Counted from the first letter of the stretch, positions 39,480-53,000 are shown. The stretch: 64,000 nt of DNA from Octopus sinensis (GCF_006345805.1 NC_042997.1:75826001-75890000), one strand, 5' to 3'. Made by a program: numbers and translations. The notes: generated by a model not told the origin, from the letters alone.

Positions 39480-42290
39480 TTTCTTCACTCCATCCATTCA
39501 CATAAACTGAGGTCTGCCTCTGGTTCCGCTGCCTATCACTTTTGCCTTTATCATCCTCTTTAACATCTGCTCCACCCTCTCCATGTGGCCAAACCACTTC
39601 AACATTTGTCTATCCATTTTAGTACATAAATTCTTTTTCATTCCTGCTCGCCTTCGCACCTCATTCTTCATCCTGTCCATCCATGTCACCAACCATAGCT
39701 CTCAAACATCTCATCTCAAACGCATCTAGTTGCCTCCTTTCTGCCTCTCTCAGACTCCATGTCTCTGCACCATATAACATTGTTGGACAATCATGACCTT
39801 ATACACACCTCTTTTCACTGTCATACTCGACCTTTTATCTCTCAGCATACCTTTCACAAAGTGTTTTACTCCCCTCCCACTCCCTCAGCTAACCTCCCAT
39901 CCACCATCAAATGTGATCCCAGATACTTAAAAACACACACCTCCTCTAACATCTCACCATTTATACTCACATTCATCCTACCAGCCATTCCATCTCTCGA
40001 ACATCTCATCACCTTAATCTTAGTTACATTCACCTTCGGTTTCCTCCACTCACACACTCTTCCAAACTCTACCACCAGTCTCCTCAGTTGCTCTTCCGAA
40101 TCCACCACCAGTGCTGTATCATCAGCAAACAACAACTGACTCACCTGCCATTTCTCTCCATTTTCTCCCACCATTTGAGCTCCCCTACTAAAGGTTCTAT
40201 CATTCACCTCTCTCACCACACCATCCATATAGAGATTAAACAGCTACGGAGACATCACACAACCCTGTCTTTACCCTACCTTCACATCAAACCATTCACT
40301 ACTTCACCACCCACCCTAATGCATGCCCTACTTTCTCTATTGAATTTCTGTATAGCTCTCAACAATCTACCATCTACTCCATACAATCGCAAAACCTTCC
40401 ACATTGCATCCTTATCTGCACAGTCATATGCCTTCTCTAGGTCCATAAAGACACGATATACATCCCTCCCTTTTGCCAAAAAGTTCTCACACATCTACCA
40501 TAATACAAATAATTGATCTGCACACCCCCTTCCACTCCTAAAACCACATAGCTCCTCTCCTAGTACATTCTACCAACCACACATAGACTTATACCCCTAA
40601 AATTTCCACACATTTATCCCCTTTCCCCTAGTACAGTGGCACTATACAGGCACTGCACCAGTCCTCTGGTACTCTTCCAGCCATATAACAAACATTCATA
40701 AGCCTCACTAACCATTCAGTCACTGTCATTCCTTTTTTCTTTAGGCATTGCACTGTACACCCATCTATACCTGGCACCTTCCGGTTTGCCATCTTCTGCA
40801 AAGATTCTCTCACCTCCTCCTTTCCAATTGCACCATAGTTCCATTCCCCAGCAACAAGCATTCTCTCTTCTCCTACAGCCACTATAATTGCCTCCCTATC
40901 ATCCTTCACATTTGACAGCTCACTAAAATACTCTGCCCATCTCACTTTCAATAAATTTTCATTTACATCCTTCACCTTTTCTTCCCTTCCTCCAACCACC
41001 TTCCGTACCCTCTGTACTTCTTTCTAAAACATCTTTATACCTTACTCAACTCCCCCCCACGACCCTTTCACTCGCCCCCTGTTTCACCACTCCCTTCAAT
41101 TCTCTCTAACAATCATAAACTTCATCCCTTTTCTGCAAACACTCTTCAAAGGCCCTTTTCTTTTCTACCACTGCATCTCTTACCTGCTCATTCTACCACT
41201 CACTACCTTTCCTCACACCCATTCCAACCACTCAAGTACCACATACCTCAAAGGCACATCCCATTACTGCCTCTCTAAAGGCTTCCCACTCCTCCACATC
41301 TATCTCCAGTTTCTTAGCCTGTTCATATTCACCTCACAATTTCTCTACATATGCCTGCTCCTTCTCTCTATCCAGTTCACTCACCTTCATAACCTCTCTC
41401 CTCATTGTCACTCATCTAGCATTCCATTTTGAGCATACCTACAACTTACCTTGTACTAAGAAGTGATCTGACACTCCTCCACCTTCATCTCCCAGTACAT
41501 GCACATCTACCAACCTTCCTACCACTCTCATCAATTAATACATAATCCAGCAAGGCCCTATCCACAACTGTTCCTCCCTCCACCATGTGAACTTGTTTTT
41601 CTCACCACTTTAAAAAAAAACTATTTCCCACCACCAACTCCTGCTCCATACACATTTCCAACAACTTCCCTCCACTCTCATTCCGATCAGGAACTCCATA
41701 TTTACCTACTATATTTTCTACTTCCTCATTTCTCACTAGCGCATTCAAGTCATTCAACACCACCACATAGCCAGTTTTCCCAGTCCTATAGACACACTGT
41801 CACTTCCCTCCAGAACTCCTCTACTTCTTCCTCATCTCCTTTCACTCCCTGGACCATATGCATTAAAAAACACCCACATCTCTCCTCCCCACTTCATCTT
41901 AAACCATATTAACCTTGAAGATACTTCTCTCCACTCCACCACTCTCCTACACACGCTCACTCACCAGCAATGCCACTCTCTCATGCCTGACACTCGTCCA
42001 GTCACATCACCAAACTGGCACTCACACTTACCTTTCATCTTAGTTTTGCTCTGTGCAAGCACATCCATCCTTCTCCTCATCATCATACTCTCACACTTCC
42101 TATCTCTCTCCTCTTTACCTCACTTGTACTGCACCCATGCACATTCCATGACCCTTGTACTAGGGTGAGATTAGGTGCTAACGTTCTCTCACCCCCTTGT
42201 CTTTTTAGAAAACAGAATTACTAGGAGGAGTGGATCCCCAGTCCCTTCGCTCCTGCCCCTTTTATTTCCTTCTTATGCCACGCAGTGAAT
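39480..42290 (-). mobile_element. Decayed RTE/BovB-like LINE of a third family
   Basis: APE remnant (REVSSRLIWFKMKWGGE), linker (RWAEYFSEL), RT (FMDLEKAYD; MDGVVREVN; SQLLFADDTALVVDSEEQLRRLVVEFGRVC; FKYLGS), C-terminus LKWFGHMERV. No PHD insert. Confidence 0.85.
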
Positions 42291-42514
42291 ACAGCAACTG
42301 CATTCTACTGCCCCCCCCCCTACACACACACCTAGTTACAAAGGAGGTTGCTAGTTAACCCATAGCTGGGACTCTTACAGGTGCTACCAATCCGGGCCAG
42401 AGTAGACCTGGGAAAAATAGTGGCTAAGAGGTGGTTCCACACTCCTCAAAACCTGAAACCAGGTCCTCAGAGTCTCACAACCAGATGTAGTTTAGTCATA
42501 CCCAGGAGATATGT

Positions 42515-42575
42515 ATATATACACACATATATATATACACATATACACACATATATGTACATGCACACATGTATG

Positions 42576-42647
<72 letters not shown>

Positions 42648-42700
42648 CACACACACATTTACATATACATACATATACATACACACACACACACATATTA
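42515..42700. repeat. Compound (TA)n/(CA)n/(TATG)n microsatellite
   Basis: Direct reading; it accounts for the IY/CV-repeat ORFs here. Confidence 0.95.
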
Positions 42701-42704
42701 ATTA

Positions 42705-45700
42705 ATATGAGATTGTAGAGATGCTTGAAAGGAGACGGGTTGATGTATGCTGCATACAAGAGGTAAGATGGAGAGGAGCTTCAGCTAGGGTCCTCACAGG
42801 CAAGGCACATAGGTATAAAGTCTTCAGGCAAGGTAACATGGATGGTGTGCAGGGTGTTGGCATACTCCTAGCGGAGAAATGGGTGGATAAGGTCATAGAG
42901 GTTGTCAGGGTATGTGATAGAGTGCTTAAGCTCAGGCTAGTCCTACAGAACAGCACAGCTACAATTATCTCCGCCTACGCCCCACATGTGGGGCTACCAA
43001 ATGATCAGAAGGACCACTTTTATGATACCCTTCCACAGACTACCTCAAAGACGAGTGGAAATGACCTCATCTTTGTGGCTGGAGACTTTAATGGACATGT
43101 TGGGCGGGAATCTGGTATTTTCACTCGGGTACACGGAGGCCATGGTATTGACACCCAAAGCGATGAAGGGACTAGGCTACTGGAATTCTGTGATGCATGT
43201 AACCTTTTAATCTGCAACACTAATTTCAGGAAGCCAAACAGTCACCTTATAACCTACAGGGGACTCTGCTAGCCAGATTGATTTCATCCTCACCAGACAG
43301 CGGGGCACAGAGTTGCTCTTAAATACAAAGACCCTCCCAGGTGAAGAATGTACTCCCCAGCATAGGGTAGTTATTAGTGACTTTAGGCTCGAAGCCAGAA
43401 GGATACGGATTTGGAAGCCAAAGAACACTTCACATGGTCAGAGATTTAGAGACATCCTCATCAAGAAATTTGATGAGAGGGAGGAGGAGCTACAGATATC
43501 GGACATAGAAGGTAGCTGGAAATTTCTACGGGACAGCTTGCTGAGTGCCACAGACCAAGTCTGCGGATGGTGCAAAGTCCCTTCCAGACCCAGAGTTATG
43601 TGGTGATGGAATAGTACGGTAGAGAAAGCCATCAGAGCAAAGAAACAGGCATGGAAAGCCTGGAGGGATGGGGGTAGCAGGGAACTGTACCAGGAAGCCA
43701 AAAGGGAGGCTGGGCGGTAGGTATACATAGCCAAGTGCGAAGCGGAAAAGAAGTTTGCCAATGTCCAGCGACATGAGGACCAAAGAACTGAGGTATTTCG
43801 GATTGCTAGACAGTGTGTGAGAGAAAATTGTGATGTCACAGGAGAAAAATGCATCTGCATAGATGATGGTGCACTTGCTTTAGTATTTCTGAAAAGAAAG
43901 AGGCTTGGAGAAGCCATTATGAAAGACTGCTGAATGTAGAGGATGGATGGGAGGAGGAGAGCCTGCCAAATGTTGACCCAGTAGAGAGACCAGCTATCCC
44001 AATAGACAGCTCCCTAGTAGATAAAGCAATTAAGGGTATGAAGCCAGGAAAAGCCCCTGGCCCATCAGAAATCACTTCAGAGATGCTTAAAGCATCTGGT
44101 GGTGTCACCCGCATTGTAAACCAGGTAGTTCATAACGCATTGTAAACCAGGTAGTTCATAACAGAGTCATACCCAATAACTGGCGTAGCAGCACCATTGT
44201 CAACTGCTACAAGGGTAAAGGTGATGCTCTAGATAGAAATAACTACAGGGGTATCAAACTGCTGGATCAGGTGATGAAGGTTACAGAGAGGGTCATAGTC
44301 CATCTCATTGGGAAGAGAGTCTGTTTAGATGAGATGCAGTTCAGTTTTGTTCCAGGTAGAAGCACCACTGATGCCATATTCCTGGTTCGACAACTGCAGG
44401 AGAAATACCTAGCTAAAGATAAACCCCTCTACTTAGCTTTTGTGGATTTGAAGAAAGCCTTTGACAGGGTCCCCCGATCACATATCTAGTGGGCAATGTG
44501 GAAACTGGAGATTGATGAATGGTTGATAAGGGCTGTACATGCCCTATACAGAGAAGCCGTTAGTAAGGTTAGGATTGGCAATCCCGGGTAGAAGTATGGG
44601 TCCACCAAGGTTCAGCCCTCAGTCCCCTTTTATTCGTCATAGTCCTCCAGGCAATAACAGAGGAGTTCAAGATGGGTTGCCCCTGGGAGCTCCTCTATGC
44701 TGATGACCTGGCCCTCATAGCAGAATCACTACCAGAACTAGAAAAGAAATTTTGGGTGTGGAAGCTAGGTTTAGAATCAAAAGGCCTTAGATTAAATGTG
44801 GCAAAGACCAAAGTCATAGTAAGCAGGAAGGCGAACTCATCACACACCCACTCAGGCCCTGCTCGATCTGTAGAAAAGGTGAAGGTAGAAACTCCATAAG
44901 ATGTACCCGGTGTAAGCTATGGACGCATAAGAGGTGCAGCAACATCAAAGGAAATACCGAGAAGATAGCTTTCATGTGCAGCAGATGCACAGGGGCAATA
45001 GACACCACAGATACTCAGAAAACAGATTCCATCACACTCCAGGGGGAGAAACTAGAAGTAGTTGATAGTTTCCGCTACCTAGGTGACCAAGTTAGTAGTG
45101 GAGGTGGATGCTCAGAGAGTGTCACCACTAGAATATGAATAGCCTGGGCAAAGTTTAGAAAGCCTCTACTCCTACTGGCAACAAAGGGTCTCTCACTCAG
45201 AGTGAAAGGTTGATTGTACGACACATGTGTGAGAACTGCCATGCTTCACGGTAGTGAAACATGGGCCATGACTGTAGAGGCCATGCGTAGGCTTGAAAGA
45301 AATGAAGCTAGCATGATCCGCTGGATGTGTAATGTCAGTGTGCACACATGACAGAGTGTAAGCGCCCTGAGAGAAATGCTGGACATAAGAAGCATCAGAT
45401 GTGGTGTGCAAGAGAGACGTTTGCCCTGGTATGGTCATGTACTACGAATGGATGAGGAGAGATGTGTGAAGAAGTGCCACTCCCAAACAGTTGAAGGTAT
45501 CAGGGGGAGAGGTAGACCCAGGAAGACATTGGGCCTCACAGACGCAATGATGAAAGACCGAGATCTCTGGAGATATGCTGTGACTGCAAAGACCCGACAA
45601 ATAATGTGAGTTCATGGCTGTTTCCTGCACCAGTTTTGCATAGCCCCAGCCCATCCAAAGTACCTTGGATTGTAGGGTGACCTGCTGTGCTTGAGGAGAC

Positions 45701-46005
45701 CTATTCAGTCAAGTACATCAACATTAAAATAAATATAAAATGGAAATTGCAGTAGTGATACCTGTGCTGGTGGCACGTAAAAAGCACCAACTGTTCGTGG
45801 CCACTGCCATCCTCCCCTGGTACCTGTGCCAGTGGTATGTAAAAAGCACTCACTACACTCACGGATTGGTTGGCGTTAGGAAGGGCATCCAGCTGTAGAA
45901 ACACTGCCAGATGTGCAGCCTCCTGGCTTCCCAGACCCCAGTCGAACCGTCCAACCCATGCTAGCACAGAAACGGATGTTAAATGATGATGATGATGATG
46001 ATGAC
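42705..46005 (+). mobile_element. Near full-length, relatively young RTE LINE (family 1)
   Basis: Long APE frame 42721-43272, RT (MKVTERVI; FVDLKKAFDRVP; LLYADD), PHD-like insert ~44855-44990, (GAT)n tail ~45985-46003, and a 26-bp tandem duplication at 44110-44161. Confidence 0.9.
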
Positions 46006-46100
46006 ATACAGCACCATGTTCATTCACTTTTGAGATGAAGAAATACTAATATGGTTGTACAACCCCTCTGATACTTTATATAATATAATAGATTTTTTCC

Positions 46101-46158
46101 TCTACTGAAGAGGAAAAAATCTATTATGAGATTAATTCCGAAATTGATTCAATATAGA
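46101..46158 (+). ncRNA. Hammerhead ribozyme motif, well preserved
   Basis: tcta CTGAAGA ggaa-aa-aatct-attatg-agatt-aa-ttcc GAAA; stem III ATTGA-T-TCAAT; A17; taga pairs with tcta. Confidence 0.8.
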
Positions 46159-46398
46159 AATAACAAACTTTTAAAAAAATTCTGTTGGCTAGCTTTCCTC
46201 GATTTCAGCACAACGTACTTCTGTAGTGGGTATAATAATATGTGGAAATTGACGATTTAAAAGTCTGTTATCAGCATATTGGCATAGAAATAATTTTCTT
46301 TTGCCCTTGTTTATAATTTCAACCTTTAAAGGTATTTTAATATGTTGCCACTTTTTTGATGGAATTTTTTTTCTGTAAAAAAACTTCATCCTATATTA

Positions 46399-46438
<40 letters not shown>

Positions 46439-46759
46439 CTTCTTACTGTTTTCTTTTTTGTTTACTTTTTCATTTTCTAGTTTTCCAGCCTTCCACCTTT
46501 TATATCTATTTCTTTCTTAACTTTCATTTTCTTCTCTCATCCTATCAGCCTATTTTTAGCTTGTTATGCCATGTGGGCATTGCTCAAAAATTGCACTAAG
46601 GCACCAAACGTGTTAAAAATGCCTTCTGAGATGCTTTCAAAGCATGAAACTAATAGTAGCACATAAAAACATATTTTGTATGTATTAAATAATATTCATC
46701 TCTCACCAGATGGAATACTTTTTTGTTGATCTTACCATCATGGAACAGTACACTATATA

Positions 46760-46955
46760 GGATGGCAAGCTGGCAGAATCGTTAGCATGTTGGGCAAAAT
46801 GCTTAGCAGTATTTTGTCTGCTGTTACGTTCTGAGTTCAAATTCTGCTGAGGTCAACTTTGCCTTTCATCCTTTCAGGGTTGATTAAATAAGTACCAGTT
46901 ACACACTGGGGTCGATGTAATTGACTTAATCCGTTTGTCTGTCCTTGTTTGTCCC
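46760..46955 (+). mobile_element. tRNA-derived SINE (family B)
   Basis: Head ggcaagctggcagaatcgttagc with B-box-like gagttcaaattc, followed by tttgcctttcatcctttc...gtaccagtt body. Confidence 0.75.
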
Positions 46956-46996
46956 CGTTACAAAGAGTAAATGGAAATTACACATGGAAATGTAAG

Positions 46997-47412
46997 GGGG
47001 AAGTAAGAAGAAAAAAAGAAAAAATGCACATTGGAAATCAAAAAAAGTAAACGCTTTTTATGAAAAGTAACAACAGATATAGACAACTAGATGAACTGAG
47101 GTGGGAATTCTGAATTGTTAAAGAGATTCAAAGGCATACCAGTTTTGTAAAATTACTGTTCACTGGCTTTGAATGCACACTGATTACCGAATGGTGTGGA
47201 GTCTACTAGTCCCTGAGCAAAAAGATTATGTGTAAGGAAGGTAAGTAGTTCTGGATTTGGTGCAATTAGAGTAGATATAATACTGTAATGTGAATGGTGT
47301 ATGGGATGTATGGGGGTTAGTGGTTTTAATTGAAGGGTTACTAACCCTTCAATTAAAACCACTTTTTTTGATTTCCAATGTGCATGTTTGCTTTTTTTCT
47401 TCTTACTTCCCC
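46997..47412. repeat. Fold-back repeat with perfect 45-bp palindrome
   Basis: Outer inverted arms 46997-47048 and 47361-47412; perfect hairpin agtggttttaattgaagggtta-c-taacccttcaattaaaaccact at 47319-47363. Confidence 0.8.
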
Positions 47413-47503
47413 TATATATATATGGGCCTGATGAAGCCTTCTGGCTTCACAGACCCCAGTAGAACCGTCCAACCCATGCTAGCATGGAAAACGGACGCTA
47501 AAC

Positions 47504-47539
<36 letters not shown>

Positions 47540-48384
47540 ATATATATATACATAGATATATATTAGAAGAAATGAGGTACTCAGAAATCTGGATGGTTTT
47601 ATATTTACAGATATTTATTAGTATGTTGGATGTACATACTTACATATATCTGTATATATATATATATATAAATATGCATATATGGGTACAGGACGTCACA
47701 AAACGTAAACAAGATGAAATACGAAGGCAAACAATGAGAGAAACAAATGGAAAATAAGACAAGTAACATAAAGAACGACCCTTTATCAGTTGTCCGCTGT
47801 TCATCTACTCCACATTTTGAGCAATTAACGACAATATGAGGGTTTGAAAAACAGTTGCTCCCACGAACGAAAATAAAATTTGGGATTTGCAGAGGGTCAA
47901 AGTTGGTAACAAAAACAGGACAGTGGAGACATACAACAAACCAAATGAAAAGAAACATGGAGAGCTGTTAGGCCAGACGAGGTCAGGTAGCAAACGCTGG
48001 AGGAATATTCTTTGACAAGAGAAAAGATAGGAGACAGATAAGAATGCGTCTGGTCTGTGCGACAGACTGAAGGAAAAGAAGGATGATCACATGAGGAAAA
48101 GATAGATGGACAATGGTCACGTGTGAGCAATGAGAGGAAAGGAGGAAAAGGGGCAAGAGAGGGAGACAAACAGAAAACTGTGAAGGGAAGAAAAAAGAAT
48201 TAGAGAAAGGATGAGAGAGAAAATGGAATGGGAGAAAAAGAATTAGAGAAAGGATGAGAGAGAGAGAACAGTACAGGTTAGAGTCGCATCAAAATTATTA
48301 AGATATTTGTTAAAGAGAATAACAATCGTTAAGCCAAGACAAACATTTCAAGTCATATACATTATTATTATTAAAAAATTAAAA

Positions 48385-48434
48385 ATCTTACAGCTGGGAT
48401 ATCTCAAAATATGGGAAATCCTATCATCAGAGAC
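48385..48434 (-). ncRNA. Inactivated hammerhead in the inverted pLTR (GAAA deleted)
   Basis: Minus strand: gtct CTGATGA taggatttccca-tattt-tgagatatccca then gctgtaagat; GAAAC is missing relative to 51920-51975. Confidence 0.65.
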
Positions 48435-51400
48435 AAATAGGGAAAATGTGAAGTGTATAGATTAAGGACACGATGAAATAAAGGACTGGAGAAATAAAGA
48501 ATAAAGAAAAAAGAAACATAAAAGTTCACTTAAAATGCATGTCTTCTCTGACAAAACTGGAAACCTATACTCTCTTACCATCAAGGAATGCATTGGAATT
48601 ATTAAGAAGGAGCTACACAAATCCTATAGGATAGCCCCACAAGTCAGCCCTGGATACCATTAACACTAATCAATGCAAGCTTGTAGACATGCTTGAGGTC
48701 GACGACTGCATGGAGCACTACAACCCAAGAGCCCTACACTTTACCTTAAGGACCAGGCTTCTTAACCAAACCCTTTATAAGACTCATTTGCCCCACCAAA
48801 TCTGATTTAGGATGAATCAGTAAAAATATACTAGATAGAATTATACCTACTATTAGAAAGAAACTAAATGTAAGCTAATGGTCCTGCATAGGTGAGGTCA
48901 TCACATGGTTCCACCTGCTTCAAAACAAGAACACTACCTCATTCCTACAATTCGACATCAACAACTACAATGCCTCCATATCACCAATCCTCCTTAAGGA
49001 TGCCCTGACTCTAGCTAAAAATCTAACCAACCCAACCTTAGAAATAGATGTAATTCTATCTGCCAGGCAAACTCTCATATCCTTCGACAATAAGCTTTGG
49101 TTCCATGCTAACCGCAATACTAATAGAAACTTCTTCAATATAACCATGGGCTCATCCAACTCTGCTCAGGTCACAGATCTAGTCGGACTGTACCTCCTTC
49201 AACAGTTCCACACACACTTCCTCAACATCAAAAGAGGTTTATATAGAGATGATGCATTAATAATTGCAACAGGCCTAACAAAATCTGCATTAGAAAAAAT
49301 AGAAAACTCTTACATAAATTCTTTGCCAACTTTAACCTATCTATCTCTTTTGAAAACTCTTACAAAACAGCAAACTTCCTAGATGTTACCTTGGATTTAA
49401 ACTCTTCACTTTACTTCCCATATCATAAACCCAATCAATACCTTAAGTACATAAACACAGTATCTAGCCATCATAAATCTACATTCGAGAGTATAATCAA
49501 AGGCATATCCATCAGGATATCTGATCTATCCACCACTGAGGAAATCTTCAATAACTATGCCACCTACTACAACCAAGCTCTAGCTAATAGTGGTTCCTCC
49601 CAGAAGATTCGATTTATAACCAACACTAAACTCAAAGAACACCTCTCTAAACTTAACCCGAGATGAGCATGCCCACATATTGGATACCCAAACCCTCCCA
49701 CTATAGTAAGTAAAACTTGCCTGTCTAGCACCCACATGCATAATACTTGATCTAAGAATACTAACATCAAATCCTACAACTCTCTAACATACACCAGGAA
49801 TTGCACTTCCCCAAATTTACCTAATAAAAGTGGTGTGAGATCAATTCTCTGGTACATACCTCCATTCACTTTAAACGTTAAGGCTCTTGCTAAAGCATTC
49901 TTTAAAATAGCAGACTCTAATTTCCCACATAACCATAAATACCATTCTGTCTTTAAAAGATCCACTTTAAAATTATCCTATTCCTCTACACCAAATATAG
50001 AATCTATTATCACCTCATCTAACAAATGTAAACTTAGCTTTTACTATCTAAATGTATACAACCCTACCATAAATCTATACAACCGCTTGCAATAACATAG
50101 GCAACACCCCTGACCCTAACAATTTAAATAACTTAAATCTAGCTAATATAATCCCCCACCTCCGAGGGAGCTGGGCACACAGTTGAAACCAATGGTAGTA
50201 CTAATAAGAATACTGATACAAACAATACTAACTCTACTAAAACCAGTACAACCACTAACACTTCTACTACAATTACTAATAATATTAACAATAATACTAA
50301 TACTACCACCAATGAAGATATTACCATTACTGAAAATAATATACTAACACTATTACCACAAATGCTACTAATAATTACAATAATAATAATACTAATACCA
50401 ATACCACTGCTACTACTACTAATAGTAATAATAATTATAATAGCGATAACAATAATAATGGTAATGGTGGCAGTGATAATGATAATAGCAATAATGGCAA
50501 TGATAACAACAATAACATGAACCGATCACCTAATACAACACTAGCCTTTAACTTGTCTGCAAATAGCACTGCTTTATACCTCTCTATAACTAACCATCTT
50601 AGAACAGATAGTTGCAACTGCAAATCTGGGACCGACTGCTCACTGCAATCCCAATGCAGAATGTGGTATACCAATGCATCATCCACAACATATAAATAAC
50701 TTCAATAGTTACTATATTGGATAAACCATGAATTTTATACAAAGATATTCAGCACATTTAAACTCATTTAAATATAAAGAGCATAGCAATTCCTCATAAT
50801 TAGCCAGGTACGTACACCATTTAATTAATAGAAAAATACAATATAGGTTATCCTGGGCTATAATAGATTCTGGCATCTCATATCAGGGCCAGTACTCCAC
50901 TTGTGGACTCTACCTAAAAGAAGCCCTGAAAATTTTAACCCATAACTCACCACAATTACTCAACAAACACAACAAAGCCTTCACAATGTGTAAACACAAC
51001 TTATTCTATAAATTCAAGTGTAAACTTACACCCTACACATAACACTTACATACATACCTCCATAGTTATTATTACATACCCTTGTATATCTTTTCTATCA
51101 ATCTTAGTACCTTAGAAGATAACTTAATTCTTTAACTTATCTTTAAACCTTAAACTCATAGATCCCCTAATCCTTAGTTGTAACTAAGTTATTCCTAAAT
51201 AATTTCTCTATCCACACCTACTTCACATTCACCCTTTGTGAGACTCATACCCCCATAGAAATATTTCTATAGCTACTGACCTTAGCCATAAAAGGGACAC
51301 AAACACTTACTACTTGACTTCCTGCTCCAACCCTAAAAACTTGAAGAATAGCACTGGCATCTACTGTCCTCTTTATATCCTCTTCTCTTTGAATCCCTTT

Positions 51401-51919
51401 CATTTTATTTTACTTAATTTTGTATTTTGCATCTTCCTTTACCTTGCTCCTCTCTCATTATTTACCCTTGTATACTTCTTTATCCTCTTATTCATTTTTT
51501 ATTTTTTTTTTTATTTTTCCAGTTTCAGCTCATGAGCTGTGGCCATGCTGGGGCACCGCCATATGTGCATTATATTTTTATATTATTTTATTCTTCCTAC
51601 CAATCCTTGCCAATGCCCTGTCAATTGCATTCCTCCTCCTCCTCTCTCTGTACTTTCAGCTTCCCTACAAATACCTCTCTCTCCTATTTATTTTTCTTCT
51701 CTTTATCCCTCAATAGCCATTTCTACTATCATTCCCTTATGAACCATTGATATGGTTATGTTTCTCTTTGGATATTTACACTATGGATTTACATAGGACT
51801 GTACCTAAAGACTTATGGACAAGCATCTACACTATTGGAAAGTTGAACCGTGAACTTTTGTTTCCTTTTTCTTTATATCTTCTGTCCTTTATTTCGTATC
51901 CTCCACATTTTCCCCATTT

Positions 51920-51975
51920 GTCTCTGATGACAGAATATCCCATATTCTGAGATATCCCAGAAACAGCTGTAAGAC
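51920..51975 (+). ncRNA. Hammerhead ribozyme motif in the PLE 3' pLTR
   Basis: gtct CTGATGA ... GAAA, palindromic stem III ACAGCTGT, A17, agac. Stem II is mutated and can misfold as cagaatat/atattctg. Confidence 0.75.
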
Positions 51976-52214
51976 TTTAAATTTTTTATTAATAATAATG
52001 TATATGACTTGAGATGTTTGTCTTGCCTTAATGTTTGTTGTCCTCTTTAATAAATCTATATGTGCTAAATCAGAAATCTACAATGGTTCCATAACTCCCA
52101 TCTCGGCTATAAGCTTGAAGCCCTGGTAATCCGTTACTGCACTTACCCAGCATACCTAGTCATTTAGATCATCTGTGAATTAAACCCCCATATTTTGTAT
52201 ATATATATGACAGT

Positions 52215-53000
52215 GGCATAAAGAAGTGTCAGTCACTTAAAGTGGTTAGAACTTGTGGAAGAGGGAGGCCCAGGAAGATATGTGATGAAGCAGTGAAGCC
52301 TGATCTCAAGATGTTGAGCCTCACAGACATGACAAAGGACTGAGATAATTGGCAATTTGCTGTGCTTGAGAAGATCTATCCAACACAAGAAAGATGATGT
52401 CCTAAAATCATTTTGGTTATGCTTGTAGCCTATTCTGCCCTGTCAAGCATTCTTCACATCTCATTCCCATAACAAGCCCTCCATCACTCTACATGTAGCT
52501 CCTCCCTCTGTCTCTACACCACCAGTTTCCTCCTCCCCATTATCCTCCATTCCCCATCATGCTATTTCACTTATCACCTTTCTATACTTTCAGTTATCTC
52601 TCTCCTCCACCACATTCCTTTGAACATCTATATCTTTTTTATCCTTCTCATATATGTCATCAAGCTCCACTCAGTATAGCCACCCTTATATACCCCCACA
52701 CTTCCCTCCTTTCCACTCCTACACCTTGCACATCACCCCCACCATTTCTGCTCTATCTGTCCCCGAATCACTTCTATCTCACATATTATCCCTCTCCATG
52801 CAGATATTTCCAACCAACCATACCTCTCTAACCATGTTACTCTCCCCTTACACACTTATGAAAGAACCCACTCACTCCTCCTCTCCCTTGACCTACTGTC
52901 TGTATTCTCTCTTATACACATCTTACTGTAATCTGAGAGTTTGCTCTTCACTCTCATCTTTATCCACATCTAACTTCTTCCAGATAAATGCTTATGTGGT
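52215..53000 (+). mobile_element. Old RTE 3' end and pyrimidine-rich UTR
   Basis: agaagtgtcagtcactt...ggcccaggaagatatgtgatgaag...gctgtgcttgagaag followed by a C/T-rich block. Confidence 0.55.

Larger units (their letters stand above)
48290..52190 (+). mobile_element. Penelope-like element (RT plus C-terminal GIY-YIG), decayed, inverted 5' pLTR and direct 3' pLTR
   Basis: RT remnants (DLVGLYLL...GLYRDD; NFLDVTLDL; YHKPNQYLKYINTVSSH), post-RT WYIPPFTLNV...KLSYSSTPNI, Cys linker CNCKSGTDCSLQSQC, endonuclease remnants (LSWAII...CGLYLKE...LLNK...CKH). pLTR 51905-52190 and its inverted copy 48290-48470. Confidence 0.88.

Noticed and set aside
42721-43272. Host gene of the craniofacial development protein 2 (CFDP2)-like type
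   Set aside because: It is the AP-endonuclease of an RTE LINE, continuous with RT and 3' tail and present in several decayed copies.
47425-47460. CTGATGA agcc-ttct-ggct as a hammerhead
   Set aside because: No GAAA follows; the hairpin is the start of an RTE 3' tail fragment.
47755-47835. Minus-strand gacaa CTGATAA ... ttgtc as a hammerhead
   Set aside because: A stem I is possible, but there is no GAAA or stem III between the arms and the core is mutated; it cannot be supported without a family consensus.
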